Shown: positions 26,013 to 38,900 of the stretch, in pieces
Layout of the letters: each line of letters starts with the position of its first letter
How positions within the stretch are numbered: the first letter of the stretch is position 1
Origin: Octopus vulgaris
Lineage: Eukaryota
Length of the DNA stretch: 64,000 nucleotides
NCBI GenBank assembly: GCA_951406725.2
Contig: OX597828.1
Location: forward strand, 7,006,001-7,070,000
Reading direction: 5' to 3'
Program-made: the position numbers and the translations under genes
Notes under the pieces: model-generated
Database searches by the model: none
What the model was told of the DNA's origin: nothing
The model's input: the letters and a program-made list of their open reading frames with translations, nothing else

Positions 26013-26339
26013 TCTCCTCGCGAGCAATATAAACAAGAGTGCATTTCGAACCAAAAGCCAATATGAGAGTTTCTCTCATGGTATCCACCACAGTATAGTC
26101 TGTTCTAACAGAACATCATCGTTTAAGTGGAGATAAATATTACCTCTCTGTATTAATACTGCCCTGATGCTAGCATGTATCTGTTAACTTTGTTTTTAGC
26201 CTTAGCATTTTAAATATTATCTTCTTACTTGTCTTCTTTTTTCTTCTTCTTCTTCTCCATCATATGTCTTTTCTCTTACTTTCTTGTATCTTTTCCAAAC
26301 CTCAGTCGATATCCCTCTCTCTTTTACGCTTCCTTCATT

Positions 26340-26707
26340 AAATTGCAGCCGTGTTGGGGCATCGCTTTCAACTTTTAGTCGAATAAATCAACCCCAGTAT
26401 GTATTTATTTTTTCCTTTTCAGCCTGGTACTTATTCTATCGGTCTCTTTTTTTCTAACCGCTATGTTACATGGATATAAACGCACCACACCAGTTGTCAA
26501 ATGATGGTGGAACAAACCAAGACACGCACGCGTGCATATATATATGCAACGTGCTTCATTCAGTTTCCGTCTTTAAATTCCACTCATAAAGCTTTGGTCA
26601 ACTCGAAGCTATAGCAGCAGACATCCATGGTACTACGCAGTGGGACTGACCCTGGAATCACGTACCTGGAAAGCGAGCTTCTTACCACACAGCCACGCCT
26701 GCACCTA
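26340..26707 (-). mobile_element. SINE family A, diverged
   Basis: Colinear with the reverse complement of family A. Confidence 0.85.
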
Positions 26708-26939
26708 CGTTGACTGAAACAAAGGAAATTCTTCAATTTAACAGTTTCGTTTCATCCTGAATCTTTTGATTTTAAAACCTGCTTTAATAAAGTCAGATTA
26801 GTAAGCACATATCCCACTGCGAGACTTTCCCATCAAAGTAAAATGCTTTAGATTGACATTTCTTTTGTAATTAAGATAAGTTCATTCAATTTTCAGTTTC
26901 CGAAAAAAAATTACGCTGTTGTTTCATATACGTGCACGC

Positions 26940-27170
26940 GTGCGTGTGTGTTTGTGTCTGATGATGTGCTGAACCACTGCTCGGCAATTGGTGTTGTGAT
27001 TACGTCCCGTACCACTGCGGTTCGGCAAAAGAAATTGATAGAAGAAGCACCGAGCTTGAAATATAAAATAAAGAATTAAGTATTTGTGTCGGTTCATTCG
27101 ACTAAAAATTCTTCAAGACGGTGTCCCGGCATGGCCACAGTCTTATGACCGAAACAAGTATAGGATAAAA
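26940..27170 (+). mobile_element. SINE family A-related 3' half, diverged
   Basis: GCGGTTCGGCAAAAG...GCATGGCCACAGTC...GAAACAAGTA. Confidence 0.75.
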
Positions 27171-27507
27171 GGTGAACGATGTGTGTGTGTGTGTGTGTAC
27201 ACCAATTTCTCAATCCTGAAGATGGAGGCCCGATTTACGGTAATGTTGATATGTATCCACTACTGATTGCATATTGTTCACTTTTTGCCTGATCCATCTG
27301 CAAAAGTTTTGTAATTTCGTAATTACGTAATTTTGAGCTCTCAGAAACAGCTGTCGGACTTGAAATACAAAGCACTTTCCCATGAGCTTACTGCATGTTT
27401 TGTACCCCATGTAAATCTATTCAGTAAATCTATAAATATATATATGCATATACATGAATGCTTATCTCCTGGTATTTTCAACTGCTGTTTTTCTTTGTAC
27501 ATATTCC

Positions 27508-27570
<63 letters not shown>

Positions 27571-28290
27571 TGCCTTGTGTATATATGTTTAATCTACGGT
27601 GTACCTACTGAAGAAGGCTTCGCCTAGCAAATTATTTTATTAGCTAAAAGAAAGTCTGAAACCATTGGTTCAGGAGTTAGATGGTAAATGTTTCTATTTT
27701 TCATTTCCTTCGAAATTTTATCATTAATAGTGGTTTGGAATTTAACTGCCCTCTCTAGCGTGCAAGGAGTCCTTATGTGTTTAAATGTACACTGTATTTA
27801 TATATCTACTTGTATATATGTGTGAATATTTTATGTATCAAACCCACACGTGATTGTTTGTTTATTTGCATCAGTATCTCCACATCAGCTCACCTCGGTT
27901 CTTCTTACAGCTACTCGTTACTGATGGGCTTAGTTCTCGACAAAGGTTTCAGAGAGTAAATTCAAATCATTTGAGCACTACTACGTGTTTTCTATATTAA
28001 GCATCTCTGGATCTCATCTGTTGACCTATATATGCACACACACACACACATATATGCATACATACATATGCATGTATGTATATATATATATATATTTCGT
28101 TTTGAGATTTGGTTTGAAAGATTCTTTATGTGAGTCCGTGTGTTGAAGCATATTCTGTTGTGTCTAGGGAGAGTAATTTTCATTTTGTGCCTTATAATTT
28201 AACACATTCACCGGTAAAATTTCCACTTAATTTTATTTTTATTTTCCTAAAATTTTCGTTGCGTCTTGCAACCTTTTCAGTAGTCTTGAC

Positions 28291-28358
<68 letters not shown>

Positions 28359-28837
28359 CATATATATGCATATGTATGCATATATATATACACACACAAA
28401 CAAATATTTTTACTAGAGACTTCCAATTTTTTCGGGTGAGTTCATAATTACATCATCTTAATGCTCTTCACCGGGTTATAAAGTGTTATTTGTATGTGCA
28501 ACAGCCTCATTCTTGGTAGGTGAATATAATTCTTATAGACAACTGATGTAAAAAAAAACGTAGGAAACCAAGTCGAAATTCCAGCGGTAGGTTACACAAA
28601 TTTGCGGCAATATATCTTCAAATTTCACAACTGCTTGACATCAAGTTGGCAGCTACGCAAACCATCGAAAACACGCATCCTGAAAGCGAAGCTGTGAAAG
28701 ACTAGAAGTAATGATCGATTTAAGAATTTTATTGTAGCAAAACACTTAAAAGAGGTTAAATTGAAACCCAAAATCAATGCAAGAACGTACTTCCTCCCTT
28801 TACCCATGCATGTCTAAACGAGAGAAATCGCACGTAG

Positions 28838-28922
<85 letters not shown>

Positions 28923-28968
28923 CACATACATATATATATATATACATATACATACATATATATATATA

Positions 28969-28999
<31 letters not shown>

Positions 29000-29379
29000 C
29001 GCGTCTATACATATACTTATATATATATATGTGTGTGTGTGCATTATTTTTATATATTGATAAATATGCAGATAGGTCAATAGATACACATATATATATG
29101 TATGTATGTATATGTATATACGTATGTATGTATATACATGTATATATTATTGTAATAAAAAACACAAAAAAACTTGTGGAAAAACAGCTACTCAGTTTAT
29201 CCTGGACGAAATATTCATTTCACTATTCATCAATTAATATTTCGTCCAAGAAACCGTGGATAGCAGAATTTCAACATGGCCTTGTGTTGTGGCTCTTTTC
29301 TTTATAGTACCACTTTTACTCTCTTAAGTGATCAAGTGCTATACTATTTGTTGAAAATCATACCACACAAAATATATAT

Positions 29380-29720
29380 TTATTCAGTCATTTGACTGTG
29401 GCCATGTTGGAGCACCGCCTTTAGTCAAAGAAATCTTTGTAAGCCTTGTACTTACTCTATCGGTTCTTTTGTCAAACCGCTAAGTTGCGAGGACGTAAAC
29501 ACACCAACTTTGGTTGTCAAGCGATGCAAGGTAACAAACTCAGATACACACACACACACATATATATATATATACGAGGGGTTTCTTTCAGTTTCCGTCT
29601 ACCAGATCCACTCACAAGGCTTTGGTTGGACCGAAGCTATAGTTGAAGGTACTTGCCCAAGGTGCCACGCCGTAGGACAGAACCCAGAACCATGTGGTTG
29701 GGAAGCAAGCTTCTTTCCAC
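29380..29720 (-). mobile_element. SINE family A, diverged
   Basis: Colinear with the reverse complement of family A. Confidence 0.85.
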
Positions 29721-30353
29721 GTACCCACGTTTCTCCCTTCAATAGCTCCTCTCCACTCTCGTCTATTACTTCAATCCTCTCCTTTCCCACATACCCATCT
29801 ACACTCCAACAAACCTAGCTATACCGACACGACCCAACAAATAGCGACTCCACGCTATTCCTTGATTTTCCCAGTAACTCAATGTACCTTTGTCTTGCTC
29901 TGTAGCATGCTTTCCAATAACACACTAACCTCAGGTCTCTTATACTCTTAACTAGCTCCCTATAGTTCAACTATGAATCTGCTCCTCTCATCTTATATGC
30001 TAAACGACAATATAACGCTAGGAATCATCGGCTACTCTACTGTCTTAAAATGTTCTTTAGTGTACATTTATAGGGGCCATATTAAACCATTAGCCTTGCT
30101 AGTTAAGAGGTGAGCTTCACTGGTGTTGGTGCATTAAAAATGCAAACAGCACACGTTGTAATATGGTTAGTGTTATGGAGGACATTCAGTGTAAGGAACA
30201 TGATTAAATGCAATACGTAAGATATTCTCAAACCGGCCAACAAATCGCAGGCTGGGAACAGGACGTTAAATGCAGAGATAAACTCGACGACGACGACGAT
30301 GCTGATAATGATGAAGTGTGTGTGTATGTGTGTATATATATATATGTATACAA

Positions 30354-30558
30354 GGCGGCGAGCTGGCAGAAACGTTAGCACGCCGGGCGAAATGCGTAGC
30401 CGTTACCTTCTGAGTTCAAATTCCACCGAGGTCGACTTTGCCTTCCATCCTTTCGGGGTCGATAAATTAAGTACCAGTGACGCATTGGGGTCGATATACT
30501 CGACTTAATCCGTTTGTTTGTCCCCTCTGTGTTTAGCCCCTTGTGGGTAGTAAAAATA
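30354..30558 (+). mobile_element. SINE family B
   Basis: Aligns with 24543-24773 with small deletions. Confidence 0.9.
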
Positions 30559-32616
30559 TATATATATATATTTATATATATGTAGATAACTGTTTTTATA
30601 CACATTATATCAATAAATTCATAAATATAAATGCATTTTATATATATATATATATATCATTTTTGATTTTTTTCCAGTTTCAGCTTATGAGCTGTGGCCA
30701 TATATATGTTTCACCGAAAGGCTTCCTATGGCGCGTCCTACAAGAATAAACACAAAAAAATCGGATTTGGACTCCATTTACGAAACGTGCATCCGAAGGA
30801 GGTTTTTGTTTATTAGTAATCAAGAAATACATTTCGCTACGAGAAATAACTCAACTTCAACATCGCTAAACCTTAATGTCTTTAGAAGCCGCCATCTTTA
30901 ACACGCGATTATCTGCGTGTGTGTACGTTTGAATATGTGTTTGCGTGTATGTATTTATCAACCTCACCCTATCTGTCTCTGTCTTTTACGCTTTTCCCTC
31001 CTCTGCATCTATTTATCGCACTTTTTCTCTGTATATGTCCATCTTTCACCCTTGCTACTACCCAATATCTCTCATGATATGACACGTAATACAATTCAGT
31101 CACCGGAGAGGGGCGCCTTTTTCTGTGTCTCTGTTTTACGCTTTTCTCGTTGTAAACGTCCTCTTCTATATATTCTCTCACTCATTATCTGTATATCTCT
31201 CACGCTTAGTTTGTGTATGTTTGTATAAGTATGTGTGTGTTTCATTAGGGCGACAATTTCTAGTGAGTCTTAATTTTGTCATGACCATCAAACATATTGC
31301 AAAGGCAAACATTTACACCTTCAAGAGCCCTGCTTCACACACAGCTGGTTTTACGTTGGATGTTCAAGTGTAGTAAGTAAGAAGAATCTTAAACATGTAT
31401 GCGTCGAATGGGAAAAAATAAATAAAATAAAAATAAGGACTTCTGCAGAAATCCGTCCTGATCAAGACGCCTATCCGTCGAGTAAGACTTGGTCTAACAT
31501 GCAATGAAGAAAAATAATTAAAATAAGGGCATTTTATTGTGAAAACTACCCGACAACGACTGGTCACTAAATATATATATATGCATACGTTTTATATAAT
31601 ATATATATATACGCACACATGGATATATGTATACATCTAGACATGTATATGTATGCATGTGTATATATATATATATACATATAGATACATATATATATGT
31701 CATTGCTGGACAGTTTTCACAATAGAATGTATATATATACAAACACATATATATATATAAATACATATATACACATAGACATATATACATACATACACAC
31801 ACACATATATACATATCTATATATAAATACATACATATATATACATGTATAAATATATATATTATATATACATATATATATATATATATACATATATACA
31901 CACATCATGTATATATGGATAAGTACACAAAAACATTTGCATGTGCATATATATATGTGTATATATGTATGTATGTATATATGTATTTTATATATATATA
32001 TATGTGTATGTATATATATATATATGTGTGTGTGTGTGTTTGTGTGTGCATGTGTATATATATATATATGTGTGTATATATAATTTTGGCAAAAGGTCTG
32101 CAATTCTTGAAGTAAAATGCATTCATGTCAGGGTTCAGCTAGTGCCTTTTTACTGAGCCCTGAAACAGCTAAAGGCAAAATTGACTTCAGTTTAATTTGA
32201 ACATTAAGAGCTGTAAAAAAAAGACAAGAAAATAACATCTTTGAATCCTTCAATTGAAATGTTAGGAGCTGGAAGCGACACAGCAATATCTGTATTCTAA
32301 GTGTATAAATAAATCTCTTTCGTATTAACCGTCAGCAAAAAAGATTACTCAAACACCATAATACAGATTAATAATGTATTTTTAATTCTGCTGGTCCAGT
32401 CTCTTAGTATTCTGTGCTTTACCTGTAGGTACACAGGTTTCTTCAAATGAAGACCCTGTGTGCACCGAGTGATGAAACACAGGATGCAAAAGACTGGATT
32501 AACCAAAATAATATGAGCACACGTGTATGTAAACATATATTCATATATGCTTGCATTATATCATTTTATATATATACACACACACATATAATATATACAT
32601 ATTATATATATAAGTG

Positions 32617-32775
32617 TAGGAGCAGCTGGGAGGTAAGTAGCTTGCTTACCAACCACATGGTTCTGGGTTCAGTCCCATTGTGTGGCACTTTGGTCAAGTG
32701 TCTTCTACTATAGCCTCAGGCTGACCAAATCCTTATGAGTAGATTTGGTAGATGGAAACTGAAAGAAGCCTGTCG

Positions 32776-32806
<31 letters not shown>

Positions 32807-32960
32807 TTGTGCACCTAATATCGCTTGACAACCAATGCTGATGTGATTACGTCCCCATAACTTAGCAGTTCAGCAAAAAAGAACCGATAACTACCAGGCT
32901 TAGAAAGTCAGTTTGTTCGACAAAAGTTGGTGCTCCAGTATGACCGAAACAAATAAAAGA
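32617..32960 (+). mobile_element. SINE family A, CpG-decayed copy
   Basis: Colinear with 1-385, with many CG>TG/CA changes. Confidence 0.88.
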
Positions 32961-35900
32961 ATATACACACACCTGTGTATTTATAAATGGCACACACTGC
33001 TGTAAGAAACATAGAATAGACTCATATATATATACATACATACATATATATATATACATACACATATATATATACATACATACATATATATATATACATA
33101 TACATATGACAATGCACAAGATGAAATCTAAAAATTCAGAGGCAATATCAACAAAGAATGAAATAAACACAGGAACTCGTTTAATGCAAAGGATTTACTC
33201 TTTTCTTTTATTATTATTTTTGATGTTCTTGCAATTATTATCCTCATTGTTGGTGTGGAAGCTCTCTTCGCCTCTTTAATGATCTCACTCTCTCTCTCTT
33301 TTTATATATATATGTATACATATATATATATATATTTATATATGGATGTTGTTATTTTTTTTCTGTTTTTCTTTTTTTTTCTTTTATCTTCCATGGTTTA
33401 GAATTTCTTTTCGATATTTATTTCGATAATACAGAAGTGATATAAGTCAATGTATTCTCTTCTGTTCTTTTCTTTCTTCAGTGCCAAACTTATTAACATC
33501 ATCATCATCATCATTACTATTTCTATCACTGTCATCACTATCACCACCATCTCACTCTTAATTTCTTAACATTTTCATTATTATTATTTTTTTTTTTCCT
33601 TTTCTGTTTTCTTGCTTTCTTGACATCTCAGATCAGAATGAATTGGCTGCGAAATACAGGAAAAAAAAAAAAAAGAAAACTAAAATGAAACCCTGCTAGT
33701 TTTATAGTAGTCCGTACTTTACACAAAATCCTGAGTAGCATATTTGGACATGGCTCACAGAACTGATTATCAATGTTGAGTCTTTAATCTTTTTTTTTTG
33801 TGTATTTTCATTTTTTTTTTGCTGTATTTGTTTGCAGATTAGATTTGGTTAATCTTTTTTTTTTTATATATATAGTATATTTCTCTTCTTGTATTACCTT
33901 TGGAATGGGAAGCGGAGCAGAGAGGAAAAGTAATAAACCAGTGTTATACATTGTGTGTGTGTGTGTGTGCATATATATATACATATCATACATACGTATG
34001 TATTATACATACATATTATATATATATTTATATATATATACACATATATATATATATAGATGAGCAATAATATATGGAAACATTTTCCTTTTATTTTTAA
34101 ATATCCACGTTTTATTTTTCCAACTCTTTGACAATGATAATATTCAATTTTCACTTTATATATATATATAAATATATACATACATACACACATATACATA
34201 CATACATATATATGCATACACACATATATAAATATGAAATATATATGCATACCAAACATACATATATACACACAGCCAGTCTCATATACTCATTTGCATA
34301 TAAAAAAATGTGAACATTTCCATAAAATGTATTTGCTGTTGTCACACTTTGCATTTAATTTTCTTGTTCTTTCTATATTTGTCTTTGAATTTTTGTTTCC
34401 ACTTTTTACAATTATCATTTCAATTTTGATTTAGAAATAATGTTAAAATTTTATTTCATCAGACAGCTAAAATTATAATTAATAAATGATCATAAAAATA
34501 ATTAAAAGTCATATTAACAAAGGGCAGATAACCAGTGCAAATATAACAAGAAGCAGTTTTTGTCTTTTGTGTTTATTAGGCACAAGGCCATTTATTTTTC
34601 TTTTTAAGATTTGTTTGCATTTTTTTTAAAGGGGGAAGGGGGTTATAGTCGACTGAACCAACTGCAGTAGATTACTGGTATATAAAGTATCGACTCACCC
34701 TGGAGGGTTGTGAAAATTTCAAGTGAACACTACCCTGGCAGGATTTTGAACTTGGAACAGTGAAATAGCAAAGCAGATGCAGTAAACCATCGTAACTCAT
34801 ATCCACTGCCCTTGGAAACAGATTTAGTAATCAGTTTTAATACTGATTTTCTGTTCTCTTCAAATTTATTATGACTACTATCATAATATTCATAATTATT
34901 CCTCTCCCCAACCCAATTTTGCATACGTTTTCTTTGTTTTTCAGAGATGATAAAGAGAATATATTAAAAAGAAAAAAGAAAAAAAAAAATCACGTGCTCT
35001 CCTACACACTTACTCACTGGGTGAATAAATATCCTGACTACACCCAAAATTATTTGCTAATTTATTGGAATGGTGCAAAGTCTAATCCACCCAGCCGAAC
35101 AGAATGAGTCTGTTGTTACTTCATTTTGCCTTTGTTGTTTTAAATTCTGCCGATACATACAGTTCCAAAAAGAATAAGAGCAATTCTGTTTAAATATACA
35201 CATCATATAAATATATATCTGTCATATACATACGCTACACATGGAAACACACACACACAATCTTCGATGTCTTTGCTAATCTAGATTTCACTCAATGAAG
35301 AGAAAAATATTAAGTGTCTTCTAGAAAGAACTCTCTCCATGAGGTATTCATTATTTGAAATGAAACAATGTGTTTCAGTTATGCTCTCATACAATGTACT
35401 GTTTTGTCAAATGAAAAAAAATAGATATATATATATGCATGTGTGTACACACACATATATACATACGAATGTGTGTGTGAATGTGTGTAAATCCTCCCTG
35501 AGACTGAACTCTTTTCAGGTAGTCCAATTCTAGTTACTTTCAAATCATCTATCACTATTATGAAGAGTGAAATATTATTATGGAAATTGCATCACATACA
35601 TATGTAGTAGGTGCATGGAAATCACAGATGATGTTAAAGAGCTCACGGTTATATTTCATATCAGGGGCTTTAGGGAGCCCATGCAATGAAGAAAAAAAAA
35701 AAAGACACTGCGCATCCAATGACTCAAAAACCACCCAGTTCTAAATGGTGGAGAGATACAATACACTGCAGAAAGCAGCAGAAGGGGCCCTGTATAATTG
35801 AAGTGTTTTGCTCATGTAGTAAGATTAAATTCTACTATGATCTTGGATACAACAGGAGCTTGCTTCCATGTATTTTTGTCCTTAGAAATATCTGCATCTA

Positions 35901-38900
35901 CATGCAAAATAGCAAGGACTAATTCGGCATGGACTTGAAGATGTGTGTTATGTATAAAACATTTTGTTATATGTATGAATGTATATAAAAACTCGCTTTG
36001 CTGATGCTAAAATAACTATTTTCTTTCTTCAGCAGCTTTAACTTAGAAGCAATACGAGTGAGGAAGATTTCATTTACAGCAATTTAACATGTTTACAGTT
36101 TAGATATATATGATAGAAGTGGCAGAAATTGATCACTACATTCTCAGAAAAATATATTAACAAAAATAACAAAGAAAATGGTATATGACAAGTTAGGAAA
36201 ACAATGTATATCGATCATATGCAAACATATATATGCATGTATATCTTATGTAAAGTTACTTCATGTTTGAAGTAAAGTAAAGTTGGAGGTTACTTTTTGA
36301 TCAGCCTTAAGATTTGATGAAGTAAATAAGATGAAAAATTCTAAGGACAGTTGTCTGAAATTATGAAGCTTATAAAATATAGTGAATAAAAAAATTACTT
36401 TTGTCTTATGAATGAATGATTCTGAAAAAAATGTATATATTTATTATATATTAATATTACGCATGGAACACTTACATAAAAGACCCTTCCAGTTGCATCA
36501 ACAATGCATTATTAATATCCACATTCCCAAACCAATTTGACTTGCTCAGGATAATCAATTACAAACACACACACACATATATATATGTATATATATTATA
36601 GATTTCCTGCTCCTTCTGTTATACCAATTTAAGACCATCTTAGTTGACTTATTTGTCAGTCATTTTTTTTTAACTTTCCATTTTCACAATTTTCTTCTCT
36701 CTCTCTATTTGCTTGTAATTCCCACTGCAGCCTTCAGGTATATTCTCAAAATTTTAGGACGGCAAACATTTGAACTAGTTTCCTACACAACCAACCTACC
36801 AATAATTGAAAAATAATTAAAAAAAAAAAAAAAAAGTGATAGAATTTTCAAATTCCAAACTAAGTTGAATAACAATGGTGAAGATGGTTTGTGCAGTTTA
36901 TACCTATGTATGACCAAAAGTGAATAGTATTAACTAAGAAAAGTTTTGCTCATTACATATGTCACACCATTCTCGCAGGATTTAGTACCAATGATTTGGG
37001 CAAGGTTATGGCAATCAACAACATGCATTTTACTTTCTTTTAAATGTTTTGCACTTGCTTATTTATTTCTCCTTGCTAAAACTACACAAATCTTCAAGGG
37101 AATGGGATGGCAGGGAGTTTTTCCTCTAATAGATTTCCTTTTGCTAAGCACAAAGCAAAAAAAAAAAAAAAAAGAAAAGAAAAAAAAAGCTTATTGTATA
37201 GAAGGCTGCATAGCAGATTCAATTACCTCAGTATGATACTGGTACATTTGGTCAATCCAATAATGAAAGACAAGTTAGCCTTAATAGGACTTGAAACCCT
37301 GAACTGCAAAGTACTTGAGGTACTAAACTTATACAGTTTTCTGTAGGGTTAGGGCCATTTCTCTAGTAAGAAAGTGAGACAAATCAATCAAGCAACATAC
37401 TTATTGAGCCTTAAATGGTTGAGAGGCGAAATTCCAAAGTCAACCCCTGAAGGAATTAGGAATCAATTAAAAATAATCTGAAACAGTTTTAATCTCTTGG
37501 TCATCTTAATTGGTCTTAGATCTTTCTCAGAAGTTTTCACTAAGGGCAAGACCAGTTTTGTGAGGTATAGCTGATTAAGATGAACTTCATTATATTACTG
37601 GTACTTAATTCGTCCTAAGGAATAACTTAACCCAATTACACTTTTGCCAAAGAGTTCATTTTTGTCTTTATGTTGATCAGCAATAAGACAAACATTTCAC
37701 ATCTAATAATTCACTAGAGAAATGTTAAAAAAAACAAAAACAAAAGAAAAAAAACGAAAAACCCAAAAACAAACCATTTTTGTCTTCATGTTAAATTCTC
37801 TGCTTTTGTGGTCAGGATCAAGCTCGAAAGCATGAGTGTGTACGCATTTATTTGAAAGTCTTTTGAGTTCCATTTTTTTTAAAATTAAAAAATAAAAAAA
37901 ATAAAAAACAGCACTGAAGTCTGTAGGATTTCATCTTTATTTTATAAATATAAAACTCCAGATATAGGAAATTATGGTTTGGGTTATGAATGTAAGACAT
38001 TCTGTGGAGAAATCAATCTCTTACTTTTTTAAATTTTTATTTTTTTAAAGAGACATTAAAAAAAAATACTTAATATTGATACATTTTTAACTTTGTTGTA
38101 CTGTAAGGGTTTTGGGGGTCATAAGGGTTACAAGTTGTCGGCAGAGATATTAGGGTGAATAACACATGAAGTGGGGACAGGAAAAAAAAAATAAATAAAG
38201 ATTAGAAAAAGAGACAGGGTAAGAAGTGTTAAATGCTTGGTGAAGGAATTGAACAAAAGACCCCCCACCTCCTCCAAAGGAGAGAGAGTTTTTTTTTTTT
38301 TTTTTCTGCAACTAAAAACAATAAAAACACATTTTTGAGAGGTTCCACTTCATCAGGAAACTAGGAGCATAGATGAAGGTAAGGAATTCAAGGAAAAAAA
38401 AAACAAACAAAACAAAAAAAAAACTCAATAAATCATTAAGAGCCATTTCTATTTCAGGCACTGAAGATAGAACTAGAAGGAATAATGGTATATAAGTACA
38501 GTTTGCTTAATTATTTTATTCATATATTTTTCTTATAGAGAGAATTGAAGGAAGAAAACAGGGATGCAACTTTATTAGGGTGGGGCAGGAATTATGGTGA
38601 AGGTCACTAAAAAAAGCAAAATAAATATAAAATAAATAAAAATAAATAAAATTACAAATATGGATCCAATTGATTTTAGTTATTTTGGAATGACTAAAAA
38701 CAAAAATATAATTTCCCCACCTCCCACCGAATTAATTTCTAACTTTCATATACTATATAATTTTGTAAATTTTTAAACCAGCTGAAAATTGGGGGGGAAA
38801 AAAAACATATGCAAATAGATTAATATTTCAACCATTTTTTTCTTTTTTTTATGATAAAAAATTAAAAAAAATAAAACTTAGACATATACGTATATAATTT

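Noticed and set aside
31458-31483. CTGATCA-A-GACG/CGTC-GAGT hammerhead-like hairpin
   Set aside because: Both core strands deviate from CUGANGA/GAAA and no stem I or III is evident.
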